Assembly (NCBI GenBank): GCA_964016885.1
Contig: OZ024743.1
Coordinates: 52,700,001 to 52,764,000, forward strand
Reading direction: 5' to 3'
Source: Eledone cirrhosa
Lineage: Eukaryota
Length of the DNA: 64,000 bases
Of the stretch, positions 25,618-40,439 are shown in pieces. The notes beneath the pieces are model-generated. The model saw nothing but the letters and a program-made list of their open reading frames with translations, did not search any database and was not told the DNA's origin. Position 1 is the stretch's first letter, and each line of letters starts with the position of its first letter. Both the position numbers and the translations under genes were made by a program.

Positions 25618-25680
25618 ACTGTATACTCGAATATAAGTCGGCCCTCAATTCAAACCCCGTGTATAAGTCGAGGCAGCTAA
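25618..25680. mobile_element. Degenerate pogo/Tc2-like DNA transposon terminus
   Basis: TACTGTATACTCGAATATAAGTCG..GTGTATAAGTCGAGG resembles Tc2/pogo-type ends. Confidence 0.35.
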
Positions 25681-25994
25681 TCAATACATTATGTTTAGAT
25701 GGCGCGTTTTAAATTCGCAAGAATAGACCAGTTAAGGAAGAACACAACTAGTGACAAATAAATAGATAAATAAAAACACACACACCCGGATGAAACGCAT
25801 GCGCAAACTAAGCACACAACACACAACACTCAAAAAGAAGATGGTGTAGGACAGAACAAAGGAGAGACACAAAATAAAAACCTAGTCACTGACGAGGTCA
25901 CAGAATGTGTGACGCAATAGCTTAACGGGATCTTCAGAAGATCCCGTTAAGGGTGAAGGCAGCGATTCTTTGCTTAAACTTTAATCTGTTATTT

Positions 25995-26099
<105 letters not shown>

Positions 26100-26257
26100 A
26101 TTCAATTAATGAAAGTTGGTTAATCATATAATCCACCGATATTTCTTTTTGTAAACATGTAAAGACTTCTACGACTTGTATTCCTTAGGATTTTCTTGGT
26201 AAAGTACGAAATAGTTATACAAATTGTATAAAGCTATGCTTGAAGCGAAATCCTATT

Positions 26258-26326
<69 letters not shown>

Positions 26327-26329
<3 letters not shown>

Positions 26330-27425
26330 CATTGACTTTAGGAAGGCCTTTGATTCTGTGGACCGTTACTGCCTGATGAAGATCTTACAGGCTTATGGAA
26401 TCCCCAAGAGGATAGTGGACCTGATATCACTGCTCTACACCAACACCAAAGCCCAAGTCATTACACCTGATGGGATGACAGAGTTCTTTGAGATACTGGC
26501 TGGAGTGCTCCAGGGAGATACATTGGCTCCCTACCTTTTTATCATCGTAGTGGACTATTGTATGCGCCTTGCACTGGAGAAACACCAGGACTCTGGCTTT
26601 ACTGTGGCACCGGCTCAGAGCAGGAGAGTTGGGGCGAAAAAGGTATCGGATGCTGAGTTTGCCGACGACATAGTTTTGGTGACAAATACAGTGAAGGAGG
26701 CAGGGGATTTGATGCGGGAGGTTGAGACTGTGTCGATGAGTGTGGGGCTGAGAATGAATGAGACTAAAACAAAATATCTGGTAGAGAATGTTGAGAAGCC
26801 AGAGGGGATCACTAATGTAGGCGGGAAGCCGCTGGAATTGGTTGAGGACTTCCTGTATTTGGGAGCAAAGATTGGGAATACGGAAGATGATGTGGTTGAG
26901 AGGAAGAGCAAGGCCTGGGCGGCGTGTCACAGCTTGAGATCGGTGTGGAAGTCAGACCTTCGTAGAGACCTGAAAATCCGCCTCTTCATTGCTGTAGTGG
27001 AGTCTGTGCTGCTGTATGGGTCTGAGACTTGGACACTGACCAAGAGACTCACTCAGATGGTGGATGGGTGCTACACGAGAATGCTGAGGATGGCTCTGAA
27101 CATTAATCAGTATACACTGAGGATGAAAAACTCAGAGCTGTATGGGAGCATCCCAAAAGTCAGCTCAAAAGTGACACAGAGAAGACTGAGGTTGGCTGGA
27201 CATGCTCACCGACATCCAGAGTTGACATTGCACTCAGTGCTCCTTTGGGAGCCCCTACATGGACACACTGGAAGAGGAAGACCAAGGTTAACATATGTTG
27301 ATGCCCTAAGGACAGACACTGGTCTGTTGGAGATGCAGGATATGGCAGCGATAATGAGGGACAGAGACCGCTGGAGAGAACTCGTCCATGGATCTCGGGA
27401 ATTTTACCCGCCTTAGATAGATAGA

Positions 27426-27426
<1 letters not shown>
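26327..27426 (+). mobile_element. 5'-truncated RTE/RTE-X-clade LINE, open RT C-terminal half
   Basis: FIDFRKAFDSV, GVLQGDTLAPYLF, FADDI, FLYLG, SVLLYGSETW, GRPRLTY. Stop at 27416, then a short (GATA)n. Inserted in (TA)n. Confidence 0.9.
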
Positions 27427-27476
<50 letters not shown>

Positions 27477-27566
27477 GTGTGTGTGTATATATATATATCT
27501 AGGGAGTCTAACTCAGAGTTACTGTAGGTTCACCCGGATGAACACTCGATGTTAACGTTCACAATA

Positions 27567-27679
<113 letters not shown>

Positions 27680-27869
27680 ATTTAACCAGTTTTAAACTAG
27701 TAAGGCCACTGTTCAGAAGAGTACTCGATAGTTTAGATACGGGCCCCAACTCTTTTTAATATATATATATCAGCAGCTGAGCCGAAATTTTCCAGGCACA
27801 GATCCTTGAGATCGACGGATGCCAATACAGCCGATCCATGTTATTTTTCACTCATTTACTTTAATGGGT

Positions 27870-27940
27870 GACATATTGGTGTAAGGGTAACACAGTGGTC
27901 ATGATAGCCGAACATGTGGGTTCGTGTACCATGTACGTCA
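27870..27940 (+). ncRNA. tRNA-like cloverleaf inside a repeat (pseudo-tRNA)
   Basis: Acceptor GACATAT/GTACGTC+A, A-box TGGTGTAAGGG, T-arm GTGGG-TTCGTGT-ACCAT. Homologous to 17358-17423. Confidence 0.6.
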
Positions 27941-28046
27941 ATTCTCATCCTCTTTCCAATCTGGGTTTTTATAACTCCAACTATTAGACTAATTTACTTA
28001 GTCAAAAATACGGCGGAAGCTCTATTTCACTATCTAATATATATAC

Positions 28047-28090
<44 letters not shown>

Positions 28091-28351
28091 TTGCTAGGTT
28101 TTGGGGGAAACATGATAATAGTACCACTGATGATGTTGCAGATGTGCAACGAAAGAACTTTGTTAGACTATATATATATAAATATATATCTGTATTTTTG
28201 ACCGTTGGTCAGTCAGTGATAAATATTGATTGCCAAATAAATTAGCTATAGAGATATCAAAGATACAGAAGTGAAAACAAACCAAAGAGTGAGTGTGTTC
28301 TGTTATTATTTCTGGCAATATTATTACAACAATATGACTCTCCCCAAGTAT

Positions 28352-28404
<53 letters not shown>

Positions 28405-28495
28405 CTCTAGTTCACTAGCTTCTATGGACCGCTTGCCACACATCTCGGAAGTTGTTTTTCGCTAAATTCCAATAGTCGAAATACGAATCTCGCTA

Positions 28496-28653
<158 letters not shown>

Positions 28654-29250
28654 AAAGTTTGTCCTTCATCAGTGATCTTCCAACCATCATAGGCATTTCA
28701 TCGCTTTAAAGACCATATACCTCCGGTTGGTGCGAGCAACGGCTAAAAAAAGTCGTTGGGACACGTAAATAAAGGGGACGCGAGTGTAAACAAACAAAAT
28801 GGTGAAGCAACAGAAAGTGAGGAAGAAAGAGACAAGTCCCAGATTTCTATGAATTTAAATTCGGTGAAATCGTGAACGAGAGAATAAAGACCATCAAACC
28901 TGGTTGAAATGTGAGCAAGGAAGGAATTTCGCACAGGTCTAACGGGAGGAAGAAGGGGTCTGGTCTGCGAATTCGGTAAACATAAGTTCTGTGAAATCGT
29001 AGACGAGAGAGAAAAAATTCCGACCAGCTTGGCCGAGAATGTGAGAGAAAAGAATTACACACAGGTCAAACGGGAAGAAAGAGGAGGAGGAGAGGTAGTG
29101 ACAGAGAATGAGTGAGTGAAGGGTGAGGAAGAGGCGAACGGAGAGAGAGACTGCTAGAAAGGGTAAAGGTACATAGAACGAAAAAGACGTGTAGCAGCAG
29201 AGGAAAAAATATGTGTAAATATGATAATAAGTATATATATAAAGGTTTAC

Positions 29251-29284
<34 letters not shown>

Positions 29285-29341
29285 TTTGCAACGGGTCACT
29301 TTGTGGCTCAATGAAGAGTTAATAAATAAAATAATCAGAGC

Positions 29342-29582
29342 TATATCTCATAAAACATGTCTATAGAATCACCAGATAAAATATATACCATTTCCTCTCC
29401 CAATTAGCATAATTAACCATATAAAAATCGATTAGACCAAGCTATAAGAATAAAGGCTTCTATGAAGAAATCTCCGACAAATAACCGAATCAGCCCCTCG
29501 CGCCGGCTGCGAGTATTTATCGAGTATTTCGACAGCGGGAAATGGTATATATTTTATCTAGTCATTCTATAGACCTGTTTTA

Positions 29583-29588
<6 letters not shown>
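29342..29588. mobile_element. Element with ~50-bp terminal inverted repeats next to (TA)n. A related longer copy lies at 62626-63168
   Basis: TCATAAAACATGTCTATAGAATCACCAGATAAAATATATACCATTTCC versus its near reverse complement at 29538-29588. Confidence 0.7.
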
Positions 29589-29616
<28 letters not shown>

Positions 29617-29618
<2 letters not shown>

Positions 29619-29904
29619 GGAAAAAATGAAACGAAATTTCATTTCCCACTCTTAGTACGGCTGTTACTTAAATATAAGTATGTACACGTACATACATATA
29701 TGTATACATACTACGTCTGTATATATATATACATACATACATGCACACATATATATATGTACGTATGGTTTACAAACACACCGAGCATTATAATAAATGT
29801 TCGGTGAATCCATACGTACATATATATATATGTGTGCATGTATGCATATATATATATACATACTACTGTACGTCTGTATACATATATGTATGTACGTGTA
29901 CATA

Positions 29905-29908
<4 letters not shown>
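29617..29908. repeat. Low-complexity dispersed family F in fold-back arrangement (also 37262-37499, 38213-38337, 43862-43997)
   Basis: Shared GAAACGAAATTTCATTTCCCACTCTTAGTACGGC and CATACTACTGTACGTCTGTATAC. Inversion centre CGTATGGATCCATACG in two copies. Confidence 0.7.
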
Positions 29909-29980
<72 letters not shown>

Positions 29981-30279
29981 TATACGCATACATACATACA
30001 TAATATACATACATACATACTTACATATGTAAGTATGTAGAGACATACATGGGTGATTAGATTGTGGTCACCTTTGACACCACCACCAACAGTGGCGGTG
30101 TCGTACGTGATATCACTGACTCTGTCTTCTATGTAGGGTGATACTACGTCACACTGTACTCACTTTAACAACCCCACCACCCTGGGCAGGGGGTCACATT
30201 GGTCATAAATAACACTTAGCTACTACAATAACAACAACAAAGACTTATAACCCCTCCCCCCCACCAAAAACAACAACTC

Positions 30280-30609
30280 CACCACCACCACCACCACCAC
30301 CACCACCACCACCACCACCACCACCAGCACTACCACCAGCACTACCACCACCACCACTACCACCATCACCACCACCAGCACTACCACCACCAACATCACC
30401 ACCACCACCAGCACTACCACCACCACCATCACCACCAGCACTACCACCACCACCATCACCACCAGCACTACCACCACCACCACCACCACCACCACCACCA
30501 CCACCACCACCACCAGCACTACCACCCCACCTCCACCCCCAGCACTACCACCACCAGCACTACCACCAGCACCACCACCAGCACCACTACCACCACCAAC
30601 ACCACCACC

Positions 30610-30640
<31 letters not shown>

Positions 30641-30660
30641 GCAGCAATAATAGCAACCAT
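30280..30660. repeat. (CAC)n trinucleotide array
   Basis: Seen directly. Confidence 0.9.
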
Positions 30661-30926
30661 TTACTGTGATTATACACTACCTCAGTAGAGGGGGCGACAT
30701 ACTCTCCATAAACAACACTTAACTACAGCAACAATAACAACATTATATGAAATGATAAAAATGAGAATAACAACAACAACAGCAACAATATAAAAGATAA
30801 TGATAATGAAGTACTACAACAACAATGACAACGGCAGCAACAACAACAACAATACACGGAAGCTGACACAGGAGAACACAACAACAACAACAACACAATA
30901 TGATGATAAAGAAGGACAGCAGCAAT

Positions 30927-31110
30927 AATTGTTTCTACTTTTGGCACAAGGCCAGCAATTAACCCAGTGTATTACTGGTATTTTATTTTATTGATGCCAA
31001 AAGGATGAAAGGCGAAGTTAATCTCGGCAGGATTTGAACACAGAACGTAAAGGGCCATAACTATATGCCGTAAAGCATGGTATCTGACGCTCTACCGATA
31101 CTGCCAATCC
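30927..31110 (-). mobile_element. SINE family A copy
   Basis: Reverse complement of the family A body and tail (GGCCTTGTGCCAAAAGTAGAAACAATT). Confidence 0.8.
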
Positions 31111-31489
31111 AACAACAGCAATAATGTCAACAATAAAAGCAAGTAACAACAAAAACAACAACACAGACAACAGAAGATTATATAGAATACCCCCCCCCCC
31201 AACAACACACTATAAAAAAGTACAACACCAACAACACATAAAAATATGTACAACAACCAAATTAAAAGACATAAAGAAAAAGAAAGGTCCCTTATGAAGT
31301 GATAGTGGCACCTTCCTGGCACGTGAGGTGTCTTTGGCATTTCAAACCCGCAGGGATTTTAGCTGAGAGGGCCGTGCAGCGAAGCAAACACCGAAGCATT
31401 TAATCCGGCGTCCTAACCACTCTACTAATTAACTACCTTAATTAAAAAGCAACCGACCTGATGATGTTGCTTGGGACCACAAAATTATA

Positions 31490-34400
31490 GAATGTTCTAT
31501 TATCGAAGTCAACTGTCCCTTTTATGTCAATATGGCGTTCTATTGTGGGAGTCAACTGTTCCTTTTTATGTCAATATGGCGTTCTATTGTGGGAGTCAAC
31601 TCTCCCTTTTATGTCAATATGGCGTTCTATTGTGGGAGTCAACTGTCACTTTTATGTCAATATCACGGTTCTATTGTGGGAGTCAACTGGCCCTTTTATG
31701 TCAATATGGCGGTTCTATTGTGGGAGTCAACTGTCACTTTTATGTCAATATCCCGGTTCTGTTGTGGGAGTCAACTGTCCCTTTTATGTCAATATCACGG
31801 TTCTGTGGTGGGAGTCAACTGTCACTTTTATGTCAATATGGCGGTTCTGTTGTGGGAGTCAACTGTCACTTTTATGTCAATATCACGGTTGTATTGTGGG
31901 AGTCAACTGTCACTTTTATGTCAATATCACGGTTGTATTGTGGGAGTCAACTGTCACTTTTATGTCAATATCACGGTTCTGTTGTGGGAGTCAACTGTCA
32001 CTTTTATGTCAATATGACGGTTCTATTGTGGGAGTCAACTGTCCCTTTTATGTCAATATCACGGTTCTGTTGTGGGAGTCAACTGTCCCTTTTATGTCAA
32101 TATCACGGTTCTGTGGTGGGAGTCAACTGTCACTTTTATGTCAATATTACGGTTCTGTTGTGGGAGTCAACTGTCACTTTTATGTCAATATGACGGTTCT
32201 ATTGTGGGAGTCAACTGTCCCTTTTATGTCAATATCACGGTTCTGTTGTGGGAGTCAACTGTCCCTTTTATGTCAATATCACGGTTCTGTGGTGGGAGTC
32301 AACTGTCACTTTTATGTCAATATCACGGTTCTGTGGTGGGAGTCAACTGTCACTTTTATGTCAATATCACGGTTCTGTTGTGGGAGTCAACTGTCACTTT
32401 TATGTCAATATCACGGTTCTGTGGTGGGAGTCAACTGTCACTTTTATGTCAATATCACGGTTCTGTTGTGGGAGTCAACTGTCACTTTTATGTCAATATG
32501 ACGGTTCTATTGTGGGAGTCAACTGTCCCTTTTATGTCAATATCACGGTTCTGTTGTGGGAGTCAACTGTCCCTTTTATGTCAATATCACGGTTCTGTGG
32601 TGGGAGTCAACTGTCCCTTTTATGTCAATATCACGGTTCTGTGGTGGGAGTCAACTGTCCCTTTTATGTCAATATCCCGGTTCTGTTGTGGGAGTCAACT
32701 GTCACTTTTATGTCAATATCACGGTTCTATTGTGGGAGTCAACTGGCCCTTTTATGTCAATATGGCGGTTCTATTGTGGGAGTCAACTGTCACTTTTATG
32801 TCAATATCCCGGTTCTGTTGTGGGAGTCAACTGTCCCTTTTATGTCAATATCACGGTTCTGTGGTGGGAGTCAACTGTCACTTTTATGTCAATATCACGG
32901 TTCTGTTGTGGGAGTCAACTGTCACTTTTATGTCAATATCACGGTTGTATTGTGGGAGTCAACTGTCACTTTTATGTCAATATCACGGTTGTATTGTGGG
33001 AGTCAACTGTCACTTTTATGTCAATATCACGGTTCTGTTGTGGGAGTCAACTGTCACTTTTATGTCAATATGACGGTTCTATTGTGGGAGTCAACTGTCC
33101 CTTTTATGTCAATATCACGGTTCTGTTGTGGGAGTCAACTGTCCCTTTTATGTCAATATCACGGTTCTGTGGTGGGAGTCAACTGTCACTTTTATGTCAA
33201 TATCACGGTTCTGTTGTGGGAGTCAACTGTCACTTTTATGTCAATATGACGGTTCTATTGTGGGAGTCAACTGTCCCTTTTATGTCAATATCACGGTTCT
33301 GTTGTGGGAGTCAACTGTCCCTTTTATGTCAATATCACGGTTCTGTGGTGGGAGTCAACTGTCACTTTTATGTCAATATCACGGTTCTGTTGTGGGAGTC
33401 AACTGTCACTTTTATGTCAATATGACGGTTCTATTGTGGGAGTCAACTGTCCCTTTTATGTCAATATCACGGTTCTGTTGTGGGAGTCAACTGTCCCTTT
33501 TATGTCAATATCACGGTTCTGTGGTGGGAGTCAACTGTCCCTTTTATGTCAATATCACGGTTCTGTGGTGGGAGTCAACTGTCCCTTTTATGTCAATATC
33601 CCGGTTCTGTTGTGGGAGTCAACTGTCACTTTTATGTCAATATCACGGTTCTGTGGTGGGAGTCAACTGTCACTTTTATTTCAATATGGCAGTTCTGTTG
33701 TGGGAGTCAACTGTCACTTTTATGTCAATATCACGGTTCTGTTGTGGGAGTCAACTGTCCCTTTTGTCAATATCACGGTTCTGTGGTGGGAGTCAACTGT
33801 CCCTTTTATGTCAATATCCCGGTTCTGTTGTGGGAGTCAACTGTCACTTTTATGTCAATATCACGGTTCTGTGGTGGGAGTCAACTGTCACTTTTATGTC
33901 AATATCACGGTTGTATTGTGGGAGTCAACTGTCACTTTTATGTCAATATCAGGGTTCTGTTGTGGGAGTCAACTGTCACTTTTATGTCAATATCACGGTT
34001 GTATTGTGGGAGTCAACTGTCACTTTTATGTCAATATGGCGGTTCTGTTGTGGGAGTCAACTGTCACTTTTATGTCAATATCACGGTTCTATTGTGGGAG
34101 TCAACTGTCACTTTTATGTCAATATCACGGTTGTATTGTGGGAGTCAACTGTCACTTTTATGTCAATATGGCGGTTCTGTTGTGGGAGTCAACTGTCACT
34201 TTTATGTCAATATCACGGTTCTATTGTGGGAGTCAACTGTCACTTTTATGTCAATATCACGGTTGTATTGTGGGAGTCAACTGTCATTTTTATGTCAATA
34301 TCAGGGTTCTGTTGTGGGAGTTAACTGTCACTTTTATGTCAATATCACGGTTCTGTTGTGGGAGTTAACTGTCACTTTTATGTCAATATCACGGTTCTGT

Positions 34401-34986
34401 GGTGGGAGTCAACTGTCATTTTTATGTCAATATCAGGGTTCTGTTGTGGGAGTCAACTGTCACTTTTATGTCAATATCACGGTTCTGTGGTGGGAGTCAA
34501 CTGTCACTTTTATGTCAATATCACGGTTCTGTTGTGGGAGTCAACTGTCCCTTTTATGTCAATATCACGGTTCTGTGGTGGGAGTCAACTGTCACTTTTA
34601 TGTCAATATCACGGTTCTGTTGTGGGAGTCAACTGTCCCTTTTATGTCAATATCACGGTTGTATTGTGGGAGTCAACTGTCACTTTTATGTCAATATCAC
34701 GGTTCTGTGGTGGGAGTCAACTGTCACTTTTATGTCAATATCACGGTTCTGTTGTGGGAGTCAACTGTCCCTTTTATGTCAATATCACGGTTCTGTGGTG
34801 GGAGTCAACTGTCACTTTTATGTCAATATCACGGTTCTGTTGTGGGAGTCAACTGTCCCTTTTATGTCAATATCACGGTTCTGTGGTGGGAGTCAACTGT
34901 CACTTTTATGTCAATATCACGGTTCTGTGGTGGGAGTCAACTGTCACTTTTATGTCAATATCCCGGTTCTGTTGTGGGAGTCAACT
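31490..34986. repeat. 44-bp tandem satellite (~79 units) with block duplications
   Basis: Unit GTGGGAGTCAACTGTCACTTTTATGTCAATATCACGGTTCTGTT. The rare variant AACTGGCCC recurs at a 1056-bp (24-unit) offset. Confidence 0.97.
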
Positions 34987-35031
34987 TTACACATAATGTC
35001 TGTTAAGAAAGTTCCCCCATTTTCAGCTTGA

Positions 35032-35230
35032 TACAGGTAAAATTCTTTTATAACGAATACCATCGTAACGAATCTTTCAATATAACGAAATTTTCTTCAA
35101 TCCCCGGCCACAAGCTTATTAAAACAACGGTAAAAGAATCTCGTTATAACGAAATTCATCATGAATATTTCAGTACAACGAACTAAAATTGAACCACAAT
35201 CAGCCAAAATTCCTGGCTACAACGAAATCA
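35032..35230. mobile_element. Tigger/pogo-like DNA transposon end
   Basis: TACAG terminus followed by repeated (T)AACGAA subterminal motifs. Confidence 0.45.
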
Positions 35231-35470
35231 AAAGAGACATATGTACCACGTGGGTGAAAGTATCGCTGAACTTGGACCTATGCGTTAGAAGGTCACCATA
35301 GTATCTGGAACAATAATGATCTGCAAGACTTTCCTAAAATATAAGGCGTGATGGTCACGCACAAAACGAGGAAGAAAAACAGATCTCCTTATCTTTAAAA
35401 GAAGTTCTTTACAGCTTAGACACTTCAATCAGGAGAAGAAAGCCTGCTCACGTACATACATACATTCACA

Positions 35471-35530
<60 letters not shown>

Positions 35531-36182
35531 CACGTATATGCGTATGTGTATACATATATACACACATACATACACATATGCATTCATGCATACATCCGAA
35601 TATACATATATACGCGCGCGCACACACACACATACACATGTATATTATATACATTCACACATACACATACATACATACATACACAAATAAGCGCGCGCGC
35701 GCACACACACACACACATATATATATATAAACATATATCGGTCAGAAAGCTTCGCTAATGGAATTGTATTAAAATACATTATTATTCTCATATTGGCAGA
35801 GAATTACATATATTGGATGAACGAGTGAGAGGGAGAGAGAGAGAGGGAGAGAGAGAGAGAGAGAGGGAGAGAGAGGAGGGAGAGAGAGAGGGAGAGATAA
35901 AGAGAGGGAAGAGAGAGGGGGAGAGATAAAGGTGGTGATGTTAGGGGTAATGATTGGGATGATGTCGGTGGTGTTGTTGGTGATGGGAGTGGTGGGAGTG
36001 GTGATAGTAATAATCGAAAGATGAGAGAAGACACAAACCAAATGGAATTTGGTGATTTCTCATCGAGATCGAAGCCAAATTTCCAGATATTTCTGGAGAT
36101 CGATCGTTTCAGTCAGTTTTCAAACATAAGCTCTGACCTAGTTACGCAGCTCGTGAACATGGCAGAAACTTTCTCGTCATAC

Positions 36183-36286
<104 letters not shown>

Positions 36287-36548
36287 GTGTGCGTATGTGT
36301 GTGTATGTGTGTGTATGTGTGTGTATGTGTATGTGTATGTGTGTGTGTGTGTATTATGTGACTGTGGGTGTATGTATGTATGTATTTATGTATGTATATA
36401 TCTAGGTAAGTATGTAAGTATGTATGTATTTATGTATGTACGTATATACGTATGCATGTATGTATATATTTATGTATGTATGTTGATAGTATGTATGTAT
36501 GTTTGAGAGTGCGTGTATGTGAATTTGTGTTTATGTGTGTGTGTATGC

Positions 36549-36621
<73 letters not shown>

Positions 36622-36624
<3 letters not shown>

Positions 36625-36833
36625 GAACGAGTAGGACCCCGACGGCTGAGCTCAAGCCGTTTCGACGGCTAATTCTGGACGGCTAATTCTGGACGTGTCC
36701 AGAATTAGCCGTCGAAACGGCTTGAGCTCAGCCGTCGGGGTCCTACTCGTTCTTATTACCCACTCTACTACCCTAAGTATTGAGTACTTTGGTGCGTTAT
36801 GGTCCACCTGGTTCCTTACCACCTTTCCTCCGT

Positions 36834-36834
<1 letters not shown>
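36622..36834. mobile_element. Fold-back element family D with a hammerhead 3' half (also 56524-56715 and 52087-52226)
   Basis: Inverted arms centred on CTGGAC-GT-GTCCAG. Contains GAAA CGGC-TTGAGCTCA-GCCG TC GGGGTCC. Confidence 0.75.
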
Positions 36835-36901
<67 letters not shown>

Positions 36902-37167
36902 TACACACACACATAAATACAAATTCACATACACGCACTCTCAAACATACATACATACTATCAACATACATACTCTCTACATACATACATACATACATAT
37001 ATATGTACATACATACATAAATATATACATACATACGTACGTATATACGTACTTACATAAATACATACATACTTACATACTTACATACATATATACATAC
37101 ATAAATACATACACCCACAGTCACATAATACACACACACACACATACACATACACATACACATACAA

Positions 37168-37217
<50 letters not shown>

Positions 37218-37517
37218 ACACATACACATACATAGAAGTATGACGAATATATATATATATAAACGGAAAAAATGAAACGAAATTTCATTTCCCACTCTTA
37301 GTACGGCTATTACTTAAATATAAGTATGTACACGTACATACAGACGTACAGTAGTATGTATATATATATACATACATGCACACATATATATATGTACGTA
37401 TGGATCCATACGTACATATATATATGTGTGCATGTATGTATATATATATACATACTACTGTACGTCTATATACATATATGTATGTACGTGTACATACTTA
37501 TATATATATATATATAT

Positions 37518-37696
<179 letters not shown>

Positions 37697-37724
37697 ACAT
37701 ATATACATATACATATATATATAT

Positions 37725-37776
<52 letters not shown>

Positions 37777-37783
37777 TATATAT

Positions 37784-38200
37784 GTAGAAGTTCTATTTAA
37801 ATTGTTGGGATACAACAAGCAAATATTTTTATAACTGATATAAAGCACTCGATATATTAACAAATGGAAACTATATTTATAAAACCATATTTATTTCATT
37901 ATACATATTTCAAGGACACCAAGTTAAATTATGGTGTGCTTTCATCAGATAAAATATAATATAGATCAGTTTTATAAATAAATATTGACATACCCTTAGA
38001 GAATGCGACCATTTCTGTTGGAAGCTCCCGGATAGAATGGTCGCACTCTCTAAGGGTATGTCAATATTTATTTATAAAACTGATCTATATTATATTTTAT
38101 CTGATGTAAGCGCACCATAATTTAACTTGGTGTCCTTGAAATATGTATAATGAAATAAATATGGTTTTATAAATATAGTTTCCATATGTTAATATATCGT
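37784..38200. mobile_element. Family C fold-back insertion with two hammerheads (37892-37956 minus, intact; 38093-38157 plus, core CTGATGT mutated)
   Basis: Arms at about 37850-38013 and 38034-38199 are reverse complements, flanked by (TA)n. Confidence 0.8.
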
Positions 38201-38333
38201 ATATATATATATATGCACACATATATATATGTACGTATGGATCCATACGTACATATATATATGTGTGCATGTATGTATATATATATACATACTACTGTAC
38301 GTCTGTATACATATATGTATGTACGTGTACATA

Positions 38334-38409
<76 letters not shown>

Positions 38410-38841
38410 AATTTAGACGGCCTCCTACGGTGTTGTATCTCCTAAGAGGTTTCTTGGCTATTTTAATGATTATGTCTTCAGTACTGTCACACATGTCTTC
38501 CTGTAAGGTTGTATCCCATAGGAGGTTTTAAAGCTAAGGGCCTACAGCCCTAACAGGTTGTTGCTGCAGCACACACCTATGTAGGTTTAGCTGGCCTCCT
38601 ATGAAATGCAACCTCATACGATGTTTCATTGGTGGTTTTTAATAATAGGGGCCTGAGTCCCACGACCAAATGAAACTTTTGGCTCAAGAACGTTCAAGGG
38701 ATCGAGTCTGAATTTGTGATCTTAAAAACCAAACCCATAAAGGGCTAAATACACTGAAAATTTGGCTCTAGTTCAGGTGTAGACATTGAATATCGAGCTG
38801 TTATTTTCAAATGTCTTTATTAGTATTTTTATTATTTGCCA

Positions 38842-39028
38842 AGGCGGCGGATGGCAGTATCGGCAGAGCGCAGACAATATGCTTTGCAGTGTAGAGTTAC
38901 GGCGTTTTATATTCTGAGTTGAAATCCCGCCGAGGTTAACTTTGCCTTTCATCCTTACAGGGTCGATAACATAAAGTACCAGTAATACACTAGGATAATT
39001 ACTGGCCTTGTGCCAAAAGTAGAAACAA
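38842..39028 (+). mobile_element. SINE family A copy
   Basis: GGCGGCGGATGGCAG..CTGAGTTGAAATCCCGCCGAGG..GCCAAAAGTAGAAACAA. Confidence 0.8.
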
Positions 39029-39898
39029 ATATGTGTGTATGTGTACATTTATATGTATGTGTCTGCATGTACCTAGCCTCATAAAAGGTTTCATCTCATA
39101 CTTAGAAGGATTCTCAGCGTGTTAATGGTTGGGGCTCTAGTCCTATCATAAAAAGCAATGTCAAGTGAAGTGTCTTGCTCAAGAATACAATGTGGAGTTG
39201 CCCGGCCAGGAATTTAACCTGCGACTTTATGCTCACGAGTCTAACACTCTAACCACTAGGTCACATGTCACATAAACATGATGCTTGTTTAGTTTATCAA
39301 GTTTTTTTTTTTTATTCATTATTTTCGTATTTCCTTATTAATAGTTTTACGATTTGCTTAAACCAATAAATTTACAACGGCCATGAAGGTTTCATAACCT
39401 ACATGGTCTTATCTTCAGGAAGAAAATAGTTTTATTGGCGACTTTAAAAAAATTGCTTATATTAAACGTGGGCTAGTGTCATATGTTTGTTTCTCACTAA
39501 GTTTATTTCATGTCGAAAGATAACAACCAAGATACAAACTCAACAGAGGCCTACCCCTCACGTGATTGCCGCTTACGACAATAAAAACTGCAATAACAAC
39601 TGCCATTAAAATTATTTCATACTGAAGATAAGACTAGGTAAATGTTGAAACGTCGTCGACGGAGATTGGAGATTTTAGTATCCCCAAAACAAAATCATTA
39701 AGTAGTAATAAGGAAATCTATAAAAAGAACTCTTGAAACAAATGTTGACTGGAATATAGTAAACAAATATATACATTAATACGTACACAACGAATTCATA
39801 CATACGTACATACATACGTACATACATGCGCACATATACACGTACATACATGCGTACATACATACATATATACATATATACATATATACATACATACA

Positions 39899-40215
39899 TG
39901 ATGGTTGCAACTCAATTTGCAGTAATGCCATAAGCATGAGCATTACGGACGTGGCTTTTTAGTCCTGTTATGGACTTGCCTATGGCCAGCAATACCATGT
40001 ATCGCAATAAATGTCACATATCAAGCGATGCCTGAGCTTGAAGCTTTTTTAAGTAAGAAAAGGCTTTGCACAGAACCAATCCCACTCTCTGAAGATGAAA
40101 TACATTTGACCCAAAAGAAGAATTGGTCTACATAATTGGATGTAAACGAAGTCACAGGTTTTATATCAGATTGACCTTCTCCTAGAGAGATGTCTTAATG
40201 AAGACTAGGTGTCTC
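39899..40215 (-). mobile_element. Degenerate bipartite RTE derivative
   Basis: Collinear with 24913-25315 (CCCACTCTCT, CCTTCTCCTAGA, GTGGCTTTTTAGTCC). Ends at a (CATA)n tract. Confidence 0.5.
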
Positions 40216-40305
40216 TCGCTCCACAAAAGAAAACAATTCATAGATACATACATTAACACATACATACACATATATAAAACACTCTTTATATATATATAAG
40301 AGAGA

Positions 40306-40394
<89 letters not shown>

Positions 40395-40439
40395 TAGCCT
40401 AGTAAGCAATAACTTTCATTACAACACTTTTAAGTTTTA

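Noticed and set aside
27870-27940. Functional tRNA gene
   Set aside because: Mismatched acceptor and anticodon stems, and embedded in a repeat. Treated as tRNA-like only.
31471-35031. Overlapping Cys-rich ORFs
   Set aside because: A 44-bp repeat cycling through frames.
39381-39662. Inverted pair with CTGAAGA..GAAAC hammerhead-like cores
   Set aside because: Stem I cannot be formed in either copy. At best an old decayed remnant.
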